From the human T2T-CHM13v2.0 reference genome, Homo sapiens, in assembly GCF_009914755.1 (NCBI RefSeq), contig NC_060941.1: a stretch of DNA of 64,000 bases. One strand, 5' to 3'. The position numbers and the translations under genes were made by a program. Below, piece by piece: positions 18,692-52,560 of the stretch (the first letter of the stretch is position 1; each line of letters starts with the position of its first letter). The notes beneath the pieces are model-generated. The model was not told the origin of the DNA and searched no databases. It saw nothing but the letters and a program-made list of their open reading frames with translations.

Positions 18692-18982
18692 TGCAGGACA
18701 GTTCTCCAGGTAGCCTTAGACCAACCCAGTTCTTCCCCTTTGTTGTTTGTAGTTATCAAGAATGACTGTAAAATTTGCTGGGAATACAACATCCTGAGAT
18801 AGGGAGGAACTGACCAGAACAGCCTGGGCTCTCTTCCAGTCCCCCAACAGAAGACAGATGTCCTTCAAGGCTTTATCCCAGAGAGTCCTGATGCTCCTGA
18901 GGTATAAAACCCAGAGTAGGCTGTCTTCCAGGGTCCCACAGCTGCAGTGCAAATGGGGTACATGCAGATAAGATTCCACCCA
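18692..18982 (+). mobile_element. ERV LTR fragment (ERVL / LTR47-like, family uncertain)
   Basis: tgcaggacagttctccagg start, tgctgggaat..aacatcctgagataggg motif, TATA gtataaaa at 18902. Confidence 0.65.
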
Positions 18983-19193
18983 ATTTCCTTATTTTTCTTA
19001 TCTGCTATATATTTAGAAACTATGAAAGGATGCTTTCACTTATCAAATGATTTTTCAACATCTTGAAGTGAGCATGTGATTTTTCTCCTTTGATCTGTTA
19101 AAGTAGTGAATTCTATTAACATAGAATAATAGAATTAATCAATTTAATAATAAAATGGTGAAACACTTTTGCCTTATTAAGATAAATGCTACA

Positions 19194-19505
19194 GGCCAGG
19201 TACAGTGGCTCATGTCTGTAATCCCAACAGTTTAGAAGGCCAAGGCAAGAGAATCACTTGAGGCCAGGAGTTCAAGACCAGCCTGGGTAACATAGCAAGA
19301 CTCCATCTCTTAAAAATTGTTTTTAAATTAGTTGGGCATGGTGGCATGTGCCTATACTCCCAGCTACTCAGGAGGCTGAGGTGAGAAGATCATTTGTGCC
19401 CAGGAAGTCAAGGCTGCAGTGAGCTGTGATCATGCCACTGTACTCCTGCCTAGGTGACAGAGCGAGACCCTGTCTCAAAAAAAAAAAAAAAACAAAATTA
19501 AAAAT
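19194..19505 (+). mobile_element. AluJ-like element
   Basis: Alu consensus with A tail. Confidence 0.9.
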
Positions 19506-21109
19506 GCTACAGCCATGATGTATATTTAATTTCCTAAAGCTATATTTAGGATATTCTGTGTTCATAAACCAGATAGATCTGTCATAATGTTTTCTTGTCC
19601 TGTTCTAGATTGGGTGACAAGATTATTCAAGTCTCAAACATTGAATTGGATTGCTTCTCTTTTTTTTTCTGTACTTGTAATCTATTTATCAGCTTCACAT
19701 GCAGTGAGTCCTTTGAATCTAAGTATCTGTGTCTTTCTTCAGTCCTAGAAAATTTATAGCCATTATTTGTTCTATCACTCATGGTCTCTATTTCTCCCCA
19801 CATCTTCCCAACCCCAGGGTATTCTTATGAATAGGTATTGAAACATTTGACCCCATCCTCCATGTATAACTTTTCTTTCATTTTGCTCATCTCTTTTATC
19901 CCTTTGTACAGCACTCTGAGGGAATTACTTACCTCAAAATTCAAGCTTACTAATTGTATCCAACTATGAATTATATGCTCTTCACGCATATATTGAGTCC
20001 TTTTTTAACAAGAATATATGTATTTTTTGCAAGATCTCTATTAGGATCACTTTCATAACTACTTGATCTTGTTTCCCATATGTAATTCCTTCCTTTATTT
20101 CTCCAACAATAACTGTAGACTTTTTAAAGTTTTCTCCTAATGCTTTACTGACTTATGTATATTTTTCCATTTCCATTTGTTATCTCTCTTAGTGAAGTTG
20201 GCTTTCCTCAAATATTTTTTGAGTCTTTACTCTGTTCTTGCCATTGTGGTTGGGAGTCTTTGCTGGACGGCTGGGTGGGAACTGCTGCCATGATTCTGAG
20301 GGTTTTGGTTGAGAGGGAAGGGTCACAGTATGCTGCGGTTTGGTGGCTTCTCACCTGGGCGGTGATACATCTTGTTTCTGCCAGGTGCGGCCAGCCACCT
20401 AAAGTACCACCTGGTCTCTGATCCAAGCTGCAACCCTTACTGTTCTCTAAGTCTGTCATCTAAAGGCAGACATCTTCACCTTTGCCCTTGGCCCATGGCA
20501 GAAGGAGAATGTGCAACAATCATTCAAAGAAAAACCCCAACTAACCACACCATCGGTAGCCCCTAGGGTCTCTTCTGCCCTGTTTGCACTGCCTCTAGTC
20601 CAGAGGCAACGTGCAGAGCTCTCCCACATATACCCTACTCTCAAGTTTCTCAGTATGATCTGCCATCTGTTCTTGTCTTTTCCAGAATCCTGTTGTTTTT
20701 AGTCTACTGAGAGTCCCCTTTCTTGCTTTCAAATGGAACTGTGTATAGTGTTTATTTGTTCTATTTCTCTCATGTCTATTATTTCTGTGCATTTGGTATA
20801 GAGGAGAAAGACTGCAGTGTGTGTTCAGTCCACCATCTTGAAACTGGTGCTTTCCCTCTGTGTGTTTCCCGTCTGTCCCATCTTCCTCCACAACCCCAGC
20901 CCCAGTAGCAAATATCTGACCCTGTGACCACGGGCTCAGGAAGCTACCAAACCACCTTCTTAGGAAAAGGATTCAAAAGCTCGTGGTGTTGATTGGTTTT
21001 TGCCCCTGTTAGCCTTAGGATGTAACTTCTGGGGTCTGAAGTCCAGAGTCCAAAGCCCAGCTGCCCCACCCCTCCAAGGAGTCCTTTGCCCATGGAGAGT
21101 CCAGCATAG

Positions 21110-23059
21110 ATTTTGTGAAAATAGACTTTATTATAATAAAATGTCTTTTTAAACAAATTCCCCCACCATTCCACACCCCTGGAGACCAAGGTCAAGGTGG
21201 GGGTTCAGTCAAACTATCTCCCACCACAGCAAAGGAAACATGCAAAGACACACTCACCCCTCAGAGGGTGGGGGATGGAGTGGATCGGGTAACGGCGGAG
21301 AACCCCTACCCCACTCTGAACAGGGAATGTATGAAAATAGCTGCATAAATCTGTCCTTTTCTCCAGCCCCTGGACTCCAACAGGGGTTAGAAGAAAACTA
21401 TGCAAAAGAACTTGAATCCAATGAGCAAAATAAGGCAAACCCAACTCCGCTTTCGGCCCCGCTGGCCCCAGGGTCTTTGGGGGCGGGACCTTACAGGGGC
21501 CAGCAGGCCCCGGCAGGGAAGGATGGAGCACGACGGGGGCAGGGTGGGGCCCACTTTGGCTTGGCCTTTCTCCTTCCTGGGCCTGTGCAGTGGAAGCGAG
21601 GTGGAGGAAGCTGAACTGAGGCACTGAGTATATACATATATACAGGCTCCGCCCGCCTGCCCGCTGGGGAGATGGGGCTCCAATAAAATCCAGTGCAAAC
21701 TTTCCTTCAGGGGAGGGAAGACAGGATCAGGACAGCCAGAGCCATCAGGGGGCACAGGCTCCTTTCTCCCTCCAGGGCCCGTCCTGGGACTGGGAAGGGT
21801 GGCAGAAGGGACTAGCGCAGCACTGTGGGACACTAGTAGACGAGGTGGGTGGACCAGGACGCGAGGGTCCTGGGTCCAGTCCTGGCTCAGTGACCTTGGT
21901 CAAGTTACATACTCACTGTGGGCTCAGTTTCCCCTCCTGTAGGAGGAAGGTGCTTCTCTAGAGAGTTCATCCTTAAGGAGCCATTTAGCTCTGACCTTCA
22001 CCAAGGCTCTTTGATTCCCTCTGAATGCCACAGTGTTAACGCAGAAGAACGGGGGCTCTGGGCCCAGTCTGAGCCTTCCCTGCTCAGCAGAGACAGTGAT
22101 CTGGGGGCCTCTCAGGGCCTCTTCTGCCTGCAGGATGGGCCACAGCTTCACTCCTTCTTCCCAGAGCCCAGCCTCCTGAGGAGCTGCTTCCCCTTGGAGA
22201 AGAAACCCCACACCTTCTCGCTTCTGCCCTGGGGCTCCCCACGTTCAATCCTGGGGGCGCTGCCAGAGCTGGGGGTACAAGGCCCACCTGGGGGCCCTGG
22301 GGACCCTTGTGTGGTGCAGCCCCAGTCCTGAAATGTGAGACAGAAGGAGCAAGGTCAGGGCCTGATTCCCTCCTGACCCCCTGACCCATTTTTTCCACAG
22401 CCTAAGGGGCCTGCAGCCTCCCATGTCACAGAACCATGGCTGACGCTGAGAACCAGGGCCTCACCTCCCACCACTGTCAGAAACACACAGCACAGGTGGT
22501 GAATGGGGAGGGTGATGCCGAGGGAGCACTAAGCTGGGAGTCCCAGGGGATGCAGTCTCGGTTCTGGATCGCTCACCTGTGACCCTGGGCAGGCCCCTTC
22601 CCTTCTCCCTCCAGGGTGCAGGGCTGACAGGGCCCAAGAGTTCTTGGAACCTGCCCCTCAGGATGGGTGCCCCCAACTTCTCACATGTCACCTCCCTCCA
22701 AAAACATGGAGCGCAAGGACAAGGACTGCTTAGAAGCAGCTGTCACTGCCCAGGAAGGTAGCTTCTACAGCCCCTCATAGACAGAAAGAGCGTCTCCCCA
22801 AACCCAGCAGATGTGGCCCCCCCAGGCCTTCAGGGTGTGGAGCCAGTACCCACTCCATGGGGAGGAAGATTGGGACTCTCCCTTAAGGGCCCCTAAGAGG
22901 ACTGCCGGGAGGCCAAGGACCCAGAGGGACTCACAGCTGGGGGCATCACTCAGCCCCCACCACAGGCTCTGGAGGCTCTAGCATCTTTTCCCTTACTGAA
23001 TCTCCTCCTGACTCCACTCCCTTTGCCTCAAGCCCGCCCAGACGGCGCTCCTTAGTGAT
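21110..23059 (-). other. TSPOAP1: TSPOAP1 terminal 3'UTR exon (acceptor at 23059 or 23073, uncertain)
   Basis: Pyrimidine tract cttctctgttctcccagctccctggccttag upstream; polyA signal downstream; preceding exon ends in a gtaagt donor at 24217. Confidence 0.55.
21127..21132 (-). terminator. TSPOAP1: TSPOAP1 polyadenylation signal AATAAA
   Basis: tttatt on + strand at the distal end of the GC-rich 3'UTR-like block; cleavage expected near 21110. Confidence 0.75.
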
Positions 23060-23526
23060 CTAAGGCCAGGGAGCTGGGAGAACAGAGAAGCCACCAGAAA
23101 GCCCCCTACACCTATGTTCCCACCTTCACCTCTGGTACCTGCACAGCTCTGTCAGCTCTTGCCAGCCTGCATGTCTTCCCTTCCTCAAACTCCCACTTGC
23201 TGCCCGGAGCCTGGCAGGCTCCCAGCCAGAACCAACTATAGAGCCCAGGCCAGAGGCAAGGAAAGTGGGTGCACAACCGAGGCCCCACCCCCGCCCCAGG
23301 CCTGCAGTGATGTGGCAGGGCTGCCCACAGAGGCCAAAGCATCTACCCCCAACCAGCCAGAGCCAATAGCCGGCTGGCGAGCCCCAGGCCCTTCCCACTC
23401 CCTCTTAGGGCTCCTTCCACAACATCCAGGAGGGAGAGGTTGTTAGGGAAACAAAAGGAGGGTGTTTCTGAGCCCCAGAGAATAATGGTTTGGGGTTATT
23501 TATGGATTTGAACTACTCAAACTTCC

Positions 23527-23690
23527 CTTTTATTTTTTTATTTTTGAGACAGAGTCTTGCTCTGTCACCCAGGCTGGAGTGCAGTGGCGTGATCACCGCT
23601 CACTGCAGCCTCGACCTCCTGGGCTCAAGTGACTCCCACCTCAGCCTCCCAAGTAGCTAGTATTAAAGGCATGAGCCACCACACCTGGCC
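23527..23690 (-). mobile_element. Alu monomer (FLAM/FRAM-like)
   Basis: Antisense monomer with T-rich head. Confidence 0.8.
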
Positions 23691-24249
23691 AAACCTCCCC
23701 TTTTATCCCCCAAGTAGAGAAAACTGAGAGTTGGAGGTAAATCATGCATCTGATCACCCTAACAGGTCACAATGCAGAGGACAAGGGTGGGAAGCCTATT
23801 ATTACTGGTGGCATTACAGTGTCACCCTGGCACCAGTAATAATTATGATATTATAATACCATAGCCACACAGTATCATAATACCACTGATGAGTCCTAAT
23901 ATGGATGTCACGTCATGTTCTATAAACCACATGTGTTATAGAATAGGAAGCATCAGCTAATATGGGACATCACACACTAAGATGACATGTAATCCTATGA
24001 CAGCTGGCACTGCCCTGGGTAAAGGCAAGGCAAGGGGAGCAGGGAGGGGGAGGGATGACTCTTCATGCAAATCTGGCTCATGGCAAGCTCTCCTTCGCCA
24101 TTCCCTGGACTACAGTGGGAAAGCTGGGTCAGCTCCAGTATTTGAGACAAAGGAGCACTGTCTGATTATGGTCAAGTGGGGGTGGACGGTCACACAGGGG
24201 GGCAGTCCCCCACTTACATGTTGCTCTCTCTACATATATCTATCTCCAT

Positions 24250-47800
<23,551 letters not shown>

Positions 47801-48649
47801 GGTACTGCCAAGGGGCCCCAGAACCCGGGCCGGGGGACATCACCCAGCCAGGTGGGGGGACTGGCGAGGGTCATGCCAGGCCAGCCCCTCTCCCCTCTGA
47901 GCTCTTGCTTCACCGACGCTCCATCCAAGGTTGGCTGAGCTCTTCCCCACCCACAAAGGAGGCTGCAGAAGGCGCCAGGGCTGCTGGAGCTGGAGCCAGG
48001 GGTATGTGAGCTATGTTTGCTGGTAGCTGTGTGTGTGCGCGAGTATGTGGAGGAGCGAGGGTGTCCCTGTGGGGGTAGGGAGGATGTGCAGAGGCCACCG
48101 ACAGCTGCGCCTGGGTGAGGGTGCGTGTGTGTGTCTCCAGGTCTGTCCGTGCAGGTCAATGCTGTCTCATGTGTTGGGAAGATGGGTGCCCCCACTTCTG
48201 TGTGTTGAGGGGGGTGGTGCTGTGTGTCACTGTCTGCCCATTTCAGAGTTGCCAGTTGTTTGTGTGTGTGTGTGTGGGTGTCTGTATTGCAGGGCTGTGG
48301 CAGTATGTGATGCTGTCCCTGGTTGTATCTGAGTGTGTCAGTGTCGTGCAGCTGTGTGCATCGGTGTCGTTGTGTGTCTGTCAGTGTCTGTGGGTCTGGC
48401 CGTCTGTCGCAACCCCTCAGCCCGGCCAGAGGCTTCAGGAGCTGCTGGGGGTGATCCCCAGTGGTCCGCTGTGGTCCTTTATCTCCGGCTCTGCTCTCTG
48501 CTGCTGCTCTTTCGCTTGCTGGGTGGCTGGGCTGGTCCTAAGGAGGCCTGGGTCGATGGGCTGCTTGCCTCATAGTCTCAGCCCCTGCTGGCCTCTGCTC
48601 TGGGGACTGCAGGGGTCCCTTACAGTCCAGGAGCCTCGAGATGGTGGGC

Positions 48650-48800
48650 TCCGAGGAGGGCTGAGCCTCAGAATTGGGTGGGGGGGTGAGCCGGGAAGAG
48701 CCAGCCCTCCCCTCCTCCTCCTCCTCCTCCCCTCCCACCCACCAATAGGAAGTCGGCTGCTGGTTTCCATGGTGATGGCGCTGGACTGGTGGGCTGAACC
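48650..48800 (-). promoter_or_regulatory. TSPOAP1: TSPOAP1 promoter region (probably bidirectional)
   Basis: (CCT)n tract 48706-48733, CCAAT 48742, ETS GGAAGT 48748; lies upstream of a long unspliced 5'UTR. Confidence 0.5.
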
Positions 48801-49589
48801 GGCTGACAGGGTCGGGGACAGAAGGAAGAGCAGGTTTCTCACGGCATGTCAGCCCAGGGCTCCCACATGTGGCCTCCCACCCTCATCTTCACACATTCTC
48901 ACACCTTCCGGAGTACAGAGGCGAGTGGGGTGCAGATGGTCCTCCCTACATCGGGTGAGACTGATAGAGACAGAACGGGGGAGGGTATGACAGAGATCCA
49001 GCCACAGAGAAGGGCAGAACTAGAAAAGATGGGACTTGAGATGAAACAAAGAGAGAGACAGAAACCAAGAGAAAGAAACCGGGAAGACAAGCAAAGAGAC
49101 AGGTAGAAATAGACGGAGAATTCCTTCTGCTTCCTCCTGGCAGATTGCACTTGGGGGGCAACCTGGCTGTCCCAGGCCACCAGGGAAGCCCACATGGCCT
49201 GTTGGGTTGGCTTTGTCCCGAATTGCCTGGAAGTTCATCTTCTGTCTAGCCTTAGATCTTGTTGCTAAATAATTTGGGGGACAAGGACGTGAGAATCCCC
49301 TCAGCCAGGAGTCAGTCTATATGCAGTGGCAGGGGTCTAGACAGAGTCCCCAGAGCCAGGGGTGTTGGGAGAAGCCCCGAGAGGCAGCCCCTCTCCACTC
49401 TGAACCCGGGACTCATTAGGCAAGCCAGTTTCAGCCAAGGTCGGGGGCCCTCGTGTGGCACCCCCACAGAATAGCAGCGGTGATACTGAACCCTAGAGCC
49501 CCTGACTGTGGGCTCCACCCAGGCAAGAGCCAATGGAACTGGAGGTAGGGGGTGCATGGGGAGGAGTGGACATCTTCACTTCCCTAAAG

Positions 49590-50400
49590 CAGTGTGTAGG
49601 TCAACACGCACGCCACTGCATGATGTGTTGCTGTTTAGGTCAGAGTATATATGCATGCCATTATGCGCATGCGTGTGTATAGTATGCATCTATAGAATAG
49701 ACATTATCTATTTCTGTATATGTGAAGGGGCCATTGTGTGTATATATGTGTGTGCTATTATGTGTCTATGAGTCACATAATAAAACGTAACAAAAACACA
49801 TTGGGTGTATCTGTATGTATGTTTCTGTGTCATTGCATCTATGTTTGTTTGCCACTGTGTCTATGTGTGTGCTGTTATGTGCATGGGAGGCTATCATTGC
49901 ATGAGTTTATAAATTACAACACATCATGATATATATAGATATGGATGCTACTATATGGCACAATGTAGTAATTGATTACACAATATATGACATGCTCATA
50001 TCGTCATGTAAATATGCATAATGACATGGTTTGATTTATATATATATATCACCATGTATCTATGTATTCTATATTTATCATGATATATGAACATGTCTCT
50101 ATCTATGTATGTGTATGGAGCCACCGTGTTTATTATGCAAATGTCACTGTATGTGTGTGCTCTTCTATGTGTAAGACACGCCCTATGTTTCTATCATTGC
50201 ATGTGTGTACTACTGAATATGTATGTGCCCTGGGTGTGTGTAATCCCTGTGTGTGTCATGCCAGTCATGTCACATGTGTCTGTGTGTGTGTTACTGGCAC
50301 ACTGAATGGGGCCTCTGTGTGTAAATGCATTTGCATCTCAGTGTGTGCTTTGTATATGAGTGTCTGTGCCCTTGTCTAAGATGCTGTGTATGTGCCACAG
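49590..50400. repeat. Degenerate (TG/TA/CA)n low-complexity tract
   Basis: About 800 bp of mostly alternating purine-pyrimidine sequence. Confidence 0.85.
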
Positions 50401-50779
50401 TGGATTTTGCCCAATTTTTATATGACCTAGGACCCCCTAGACTTTCTTAGATTAAAACTGGATGTAGGCAGCTTTCAGTTTGGGTATGTAGGGGGGCAGG
50501 ATAGGGCCAGAGCTAGGGTAGAAGGTGAGAGGATGCCTTACATCCCTGCCCCTTTCTGCAGATGGCCCAGGCCCTTCTCTCCTCCGGCTGTGGCCTGGCC
50601 AGGCCCAGAGCCCTCTTCTGATCTCATAGGCAGGGCCAAACCCGTATCTTCTGGAGGAGCGACAGAGGTTCTCCCTCCCAGCCCTTCTGTGCGCCCATAC
50701 TGTCCATGTGCCTGCCGCCCGCATTCAGCTCCCCACCCCAGCAACAGAGTCTCAGACAAAAGAGAAGCACAGTCCAGTC

Positions 50780-50785
50780 TTTATT
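50780..50785 (-). terminator. Candidate polyA signal of the pri-miR-142 transcript
   Basis: AATAAA on minus strand 330 nt downstream of the hairpin, followed by U/GU-rich sequence. Confidence 0.6.
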
Positions 50786-51111
50786 AGCATTGGGTCCCTG
50801 GTCCCACCACCCATTCCCCTCCACGTACCATCCCTTCCCACCCCTTCCTCGTCCTTGACGCTGCGGCTGCATCAGGGTTCCACATGTCCAGCCCTCCCCG
50901 CCCCCAAAGACTGCAGGGCAGCAGAGGAGCTGCTGTGGCCTTTCCCCAGCTGTCCGGAACCAGGAAGGGCAGGAAAGCCATGGAGGCCTTTCAGGCATCT
51001 GGGCAGGGTAGGGAGGGGCCGTAAGGTGCTCACCTGTCACACGAGGTCCCCGAGCGCCGAGGAAGATGGTGGCGGGCAGCGGGCGGCAGCAGTGGCGTGA
51101 TCTCCGAAGCC

Positions 51112-51198
51112 CACAGTACACTCATCCATAAAGTAGGAAACACTACACCCTCCAGTGCTGTTAGTAGTGCTTTCTACTTTATGGGTGACTGCACTGTC
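51112..51198 (-). ncRNA. MIR142: microRNA-142 precursor (5p 51183-51163, 3p 51147-51125)
   Basis: Exact mature sequences CAUAAAGUAGAAAGCACUACU and UGUAGUGUUUCCUACUUUAUGGA in a hairpin; CNNC motif (CUUC) 16 nt after the 3p end. Confidence 0.99.
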
Positions 51199-51612
51199 TG
51201 TCTGTCCGTCGGCGTGTACTCTTCAGGCTGCCCAGGCCTCCTGACTCCTGCTCCAAGAGCCCCCCAGCCCTCCTTGTGGCTTCCTAAGATCCCCCCAACC
51301 CTGCCAGGGCCCCCCGAGGGCCCGCCCTGGGCCTTGTGGGCGGTGACTCAGCATGGCGCCAGACTTGCCTCCTCTACCTCCCTCCCCCACTTCCTCTTCA
51401 GTTCCCTCTTCCCTTCCCCCTAAAGGCTCCACCCCATCCCCCCAGTTTCAGAGACACTCAGGTAGAGACTAGGGCCTCTGGAGGCCTCACCTTCAGTTCT
51501 GTGAACCCCTGGCTGGCCGCTTCCAGCCACGCTAGCCACCCTCCAGCGTCCAAATGAGGCAGCCACAGCTCCCCTGCCAAGGTCTTGGTCTCCAGTCCAC
51601 CCCAACCGTGAG

Positions 51613-51970
51613 GTCCTGACTGCCCAGAGCCTCAGTCCCCACCCTTCAGCCTCCCCACCAGCCCAAGATCCTGACCCCCCAGGGCCTAAGTCCCCAGCCT
51701 CCCCAACAGCCCAGGGTCCTGACCCCCCAGGGCCTCAGGCCCTGGCCTCCCCACCAGCCCAAGGTCTTGAACACACCAGGGCCTCAATTCCCAGCCTCCC
51801 CACCAGCTCAAGGTCCTGACTCCCCCAGAGCCTCAGTCCCAGCCTCCATAGCAGCCCAAGGTCCTGACCCCCCAGGGCCTCAGTCCCCAGCCACTCCACC
51901 AGCCCCAAAGTCCTGACTCCCCAGAGCCTTGATTCTCGGCCTCCCCACCAGCCCAAAGTCCTGACTCCCT
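51613..51970. repeat. 48-49 bp G/C-skewed minisatellite in the MIR142 host transcript
   Basis: Unit starts 51613, 51668, 51716, 51764, 51813, 51861, 51910, 51958. Confidence 0.92.
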
Positions 51971-52349
51971 CACTGCCCTGCTGTTCCCCTGGCAGGAGCC
52001 CAAGGCTATCCCAACAAAAATGGTGGCCATGTTGGGCGGAGGAAGAGGCTGGCGCCCCTTGAGACACTGGTCCCACTTCTCAGCCTCTGCGTACCCTCTG
52101 CCATCCCCGCCTTACTCTCCAGCCCTCCTCCTTGGACACCTCTTTCCCCGCCTGGGGTCCCGGAGCCATTTTACCTTCCTTCACTAGAGAGGGTTTCAAG
52201 GCGCTTTGCCCTGAGCTTCCCGCATGGGGCTTGCACCCAAGCTCCTCGACACCCCCAACGCGCCTCCACCCAGACCAGCAGCCCAAGCCCCTAGAGGCCC
52301 CGAGCTGAGGAGCCCCAGTTGGGGCAGCAGTGAAGGTCCGGATCCTTAC

Positions 52350-52560
52350 CTGAGGCTGCAGGGCGGAGGAGAGCTCGCCCTGTGCTCCAGGCTCCGAAGT
52401 GGGGTTCCCTTCAGGGAGGGCAGGGCTTATAACCCCGAGGCCACGTGGGCCAGATCTCAGGGCGCCCAACGGTCTCAGAGCGCGCCCCGCCCCCGCCCGC
52501 AGGGGATGAGCGCCCTCCCTCCCTCCCTCCCTGGGGAGGACAGACTGACAGGAAACAGAA
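52350..52560 (-). promoter_or_regulatory. MIR142 host-gene promoter and short first exon
   Basis: TTATAA 52427-52432, E-box CACGTG 52442, GC boxes 52481-52500, donor CAG|gtaagg at 52350/52349. Confidence 0.75.

Noticed and set aside
48115-50379. Cys/Val-rich ORFs
   Set aside because: Products of TG-rich low-complexity DNA.
51613-51970. Regularly spaced repeats as a CRISPR array
   Set aside because: Whole units are repeated with no unique spacers, no cas genes, and the DNA is human.
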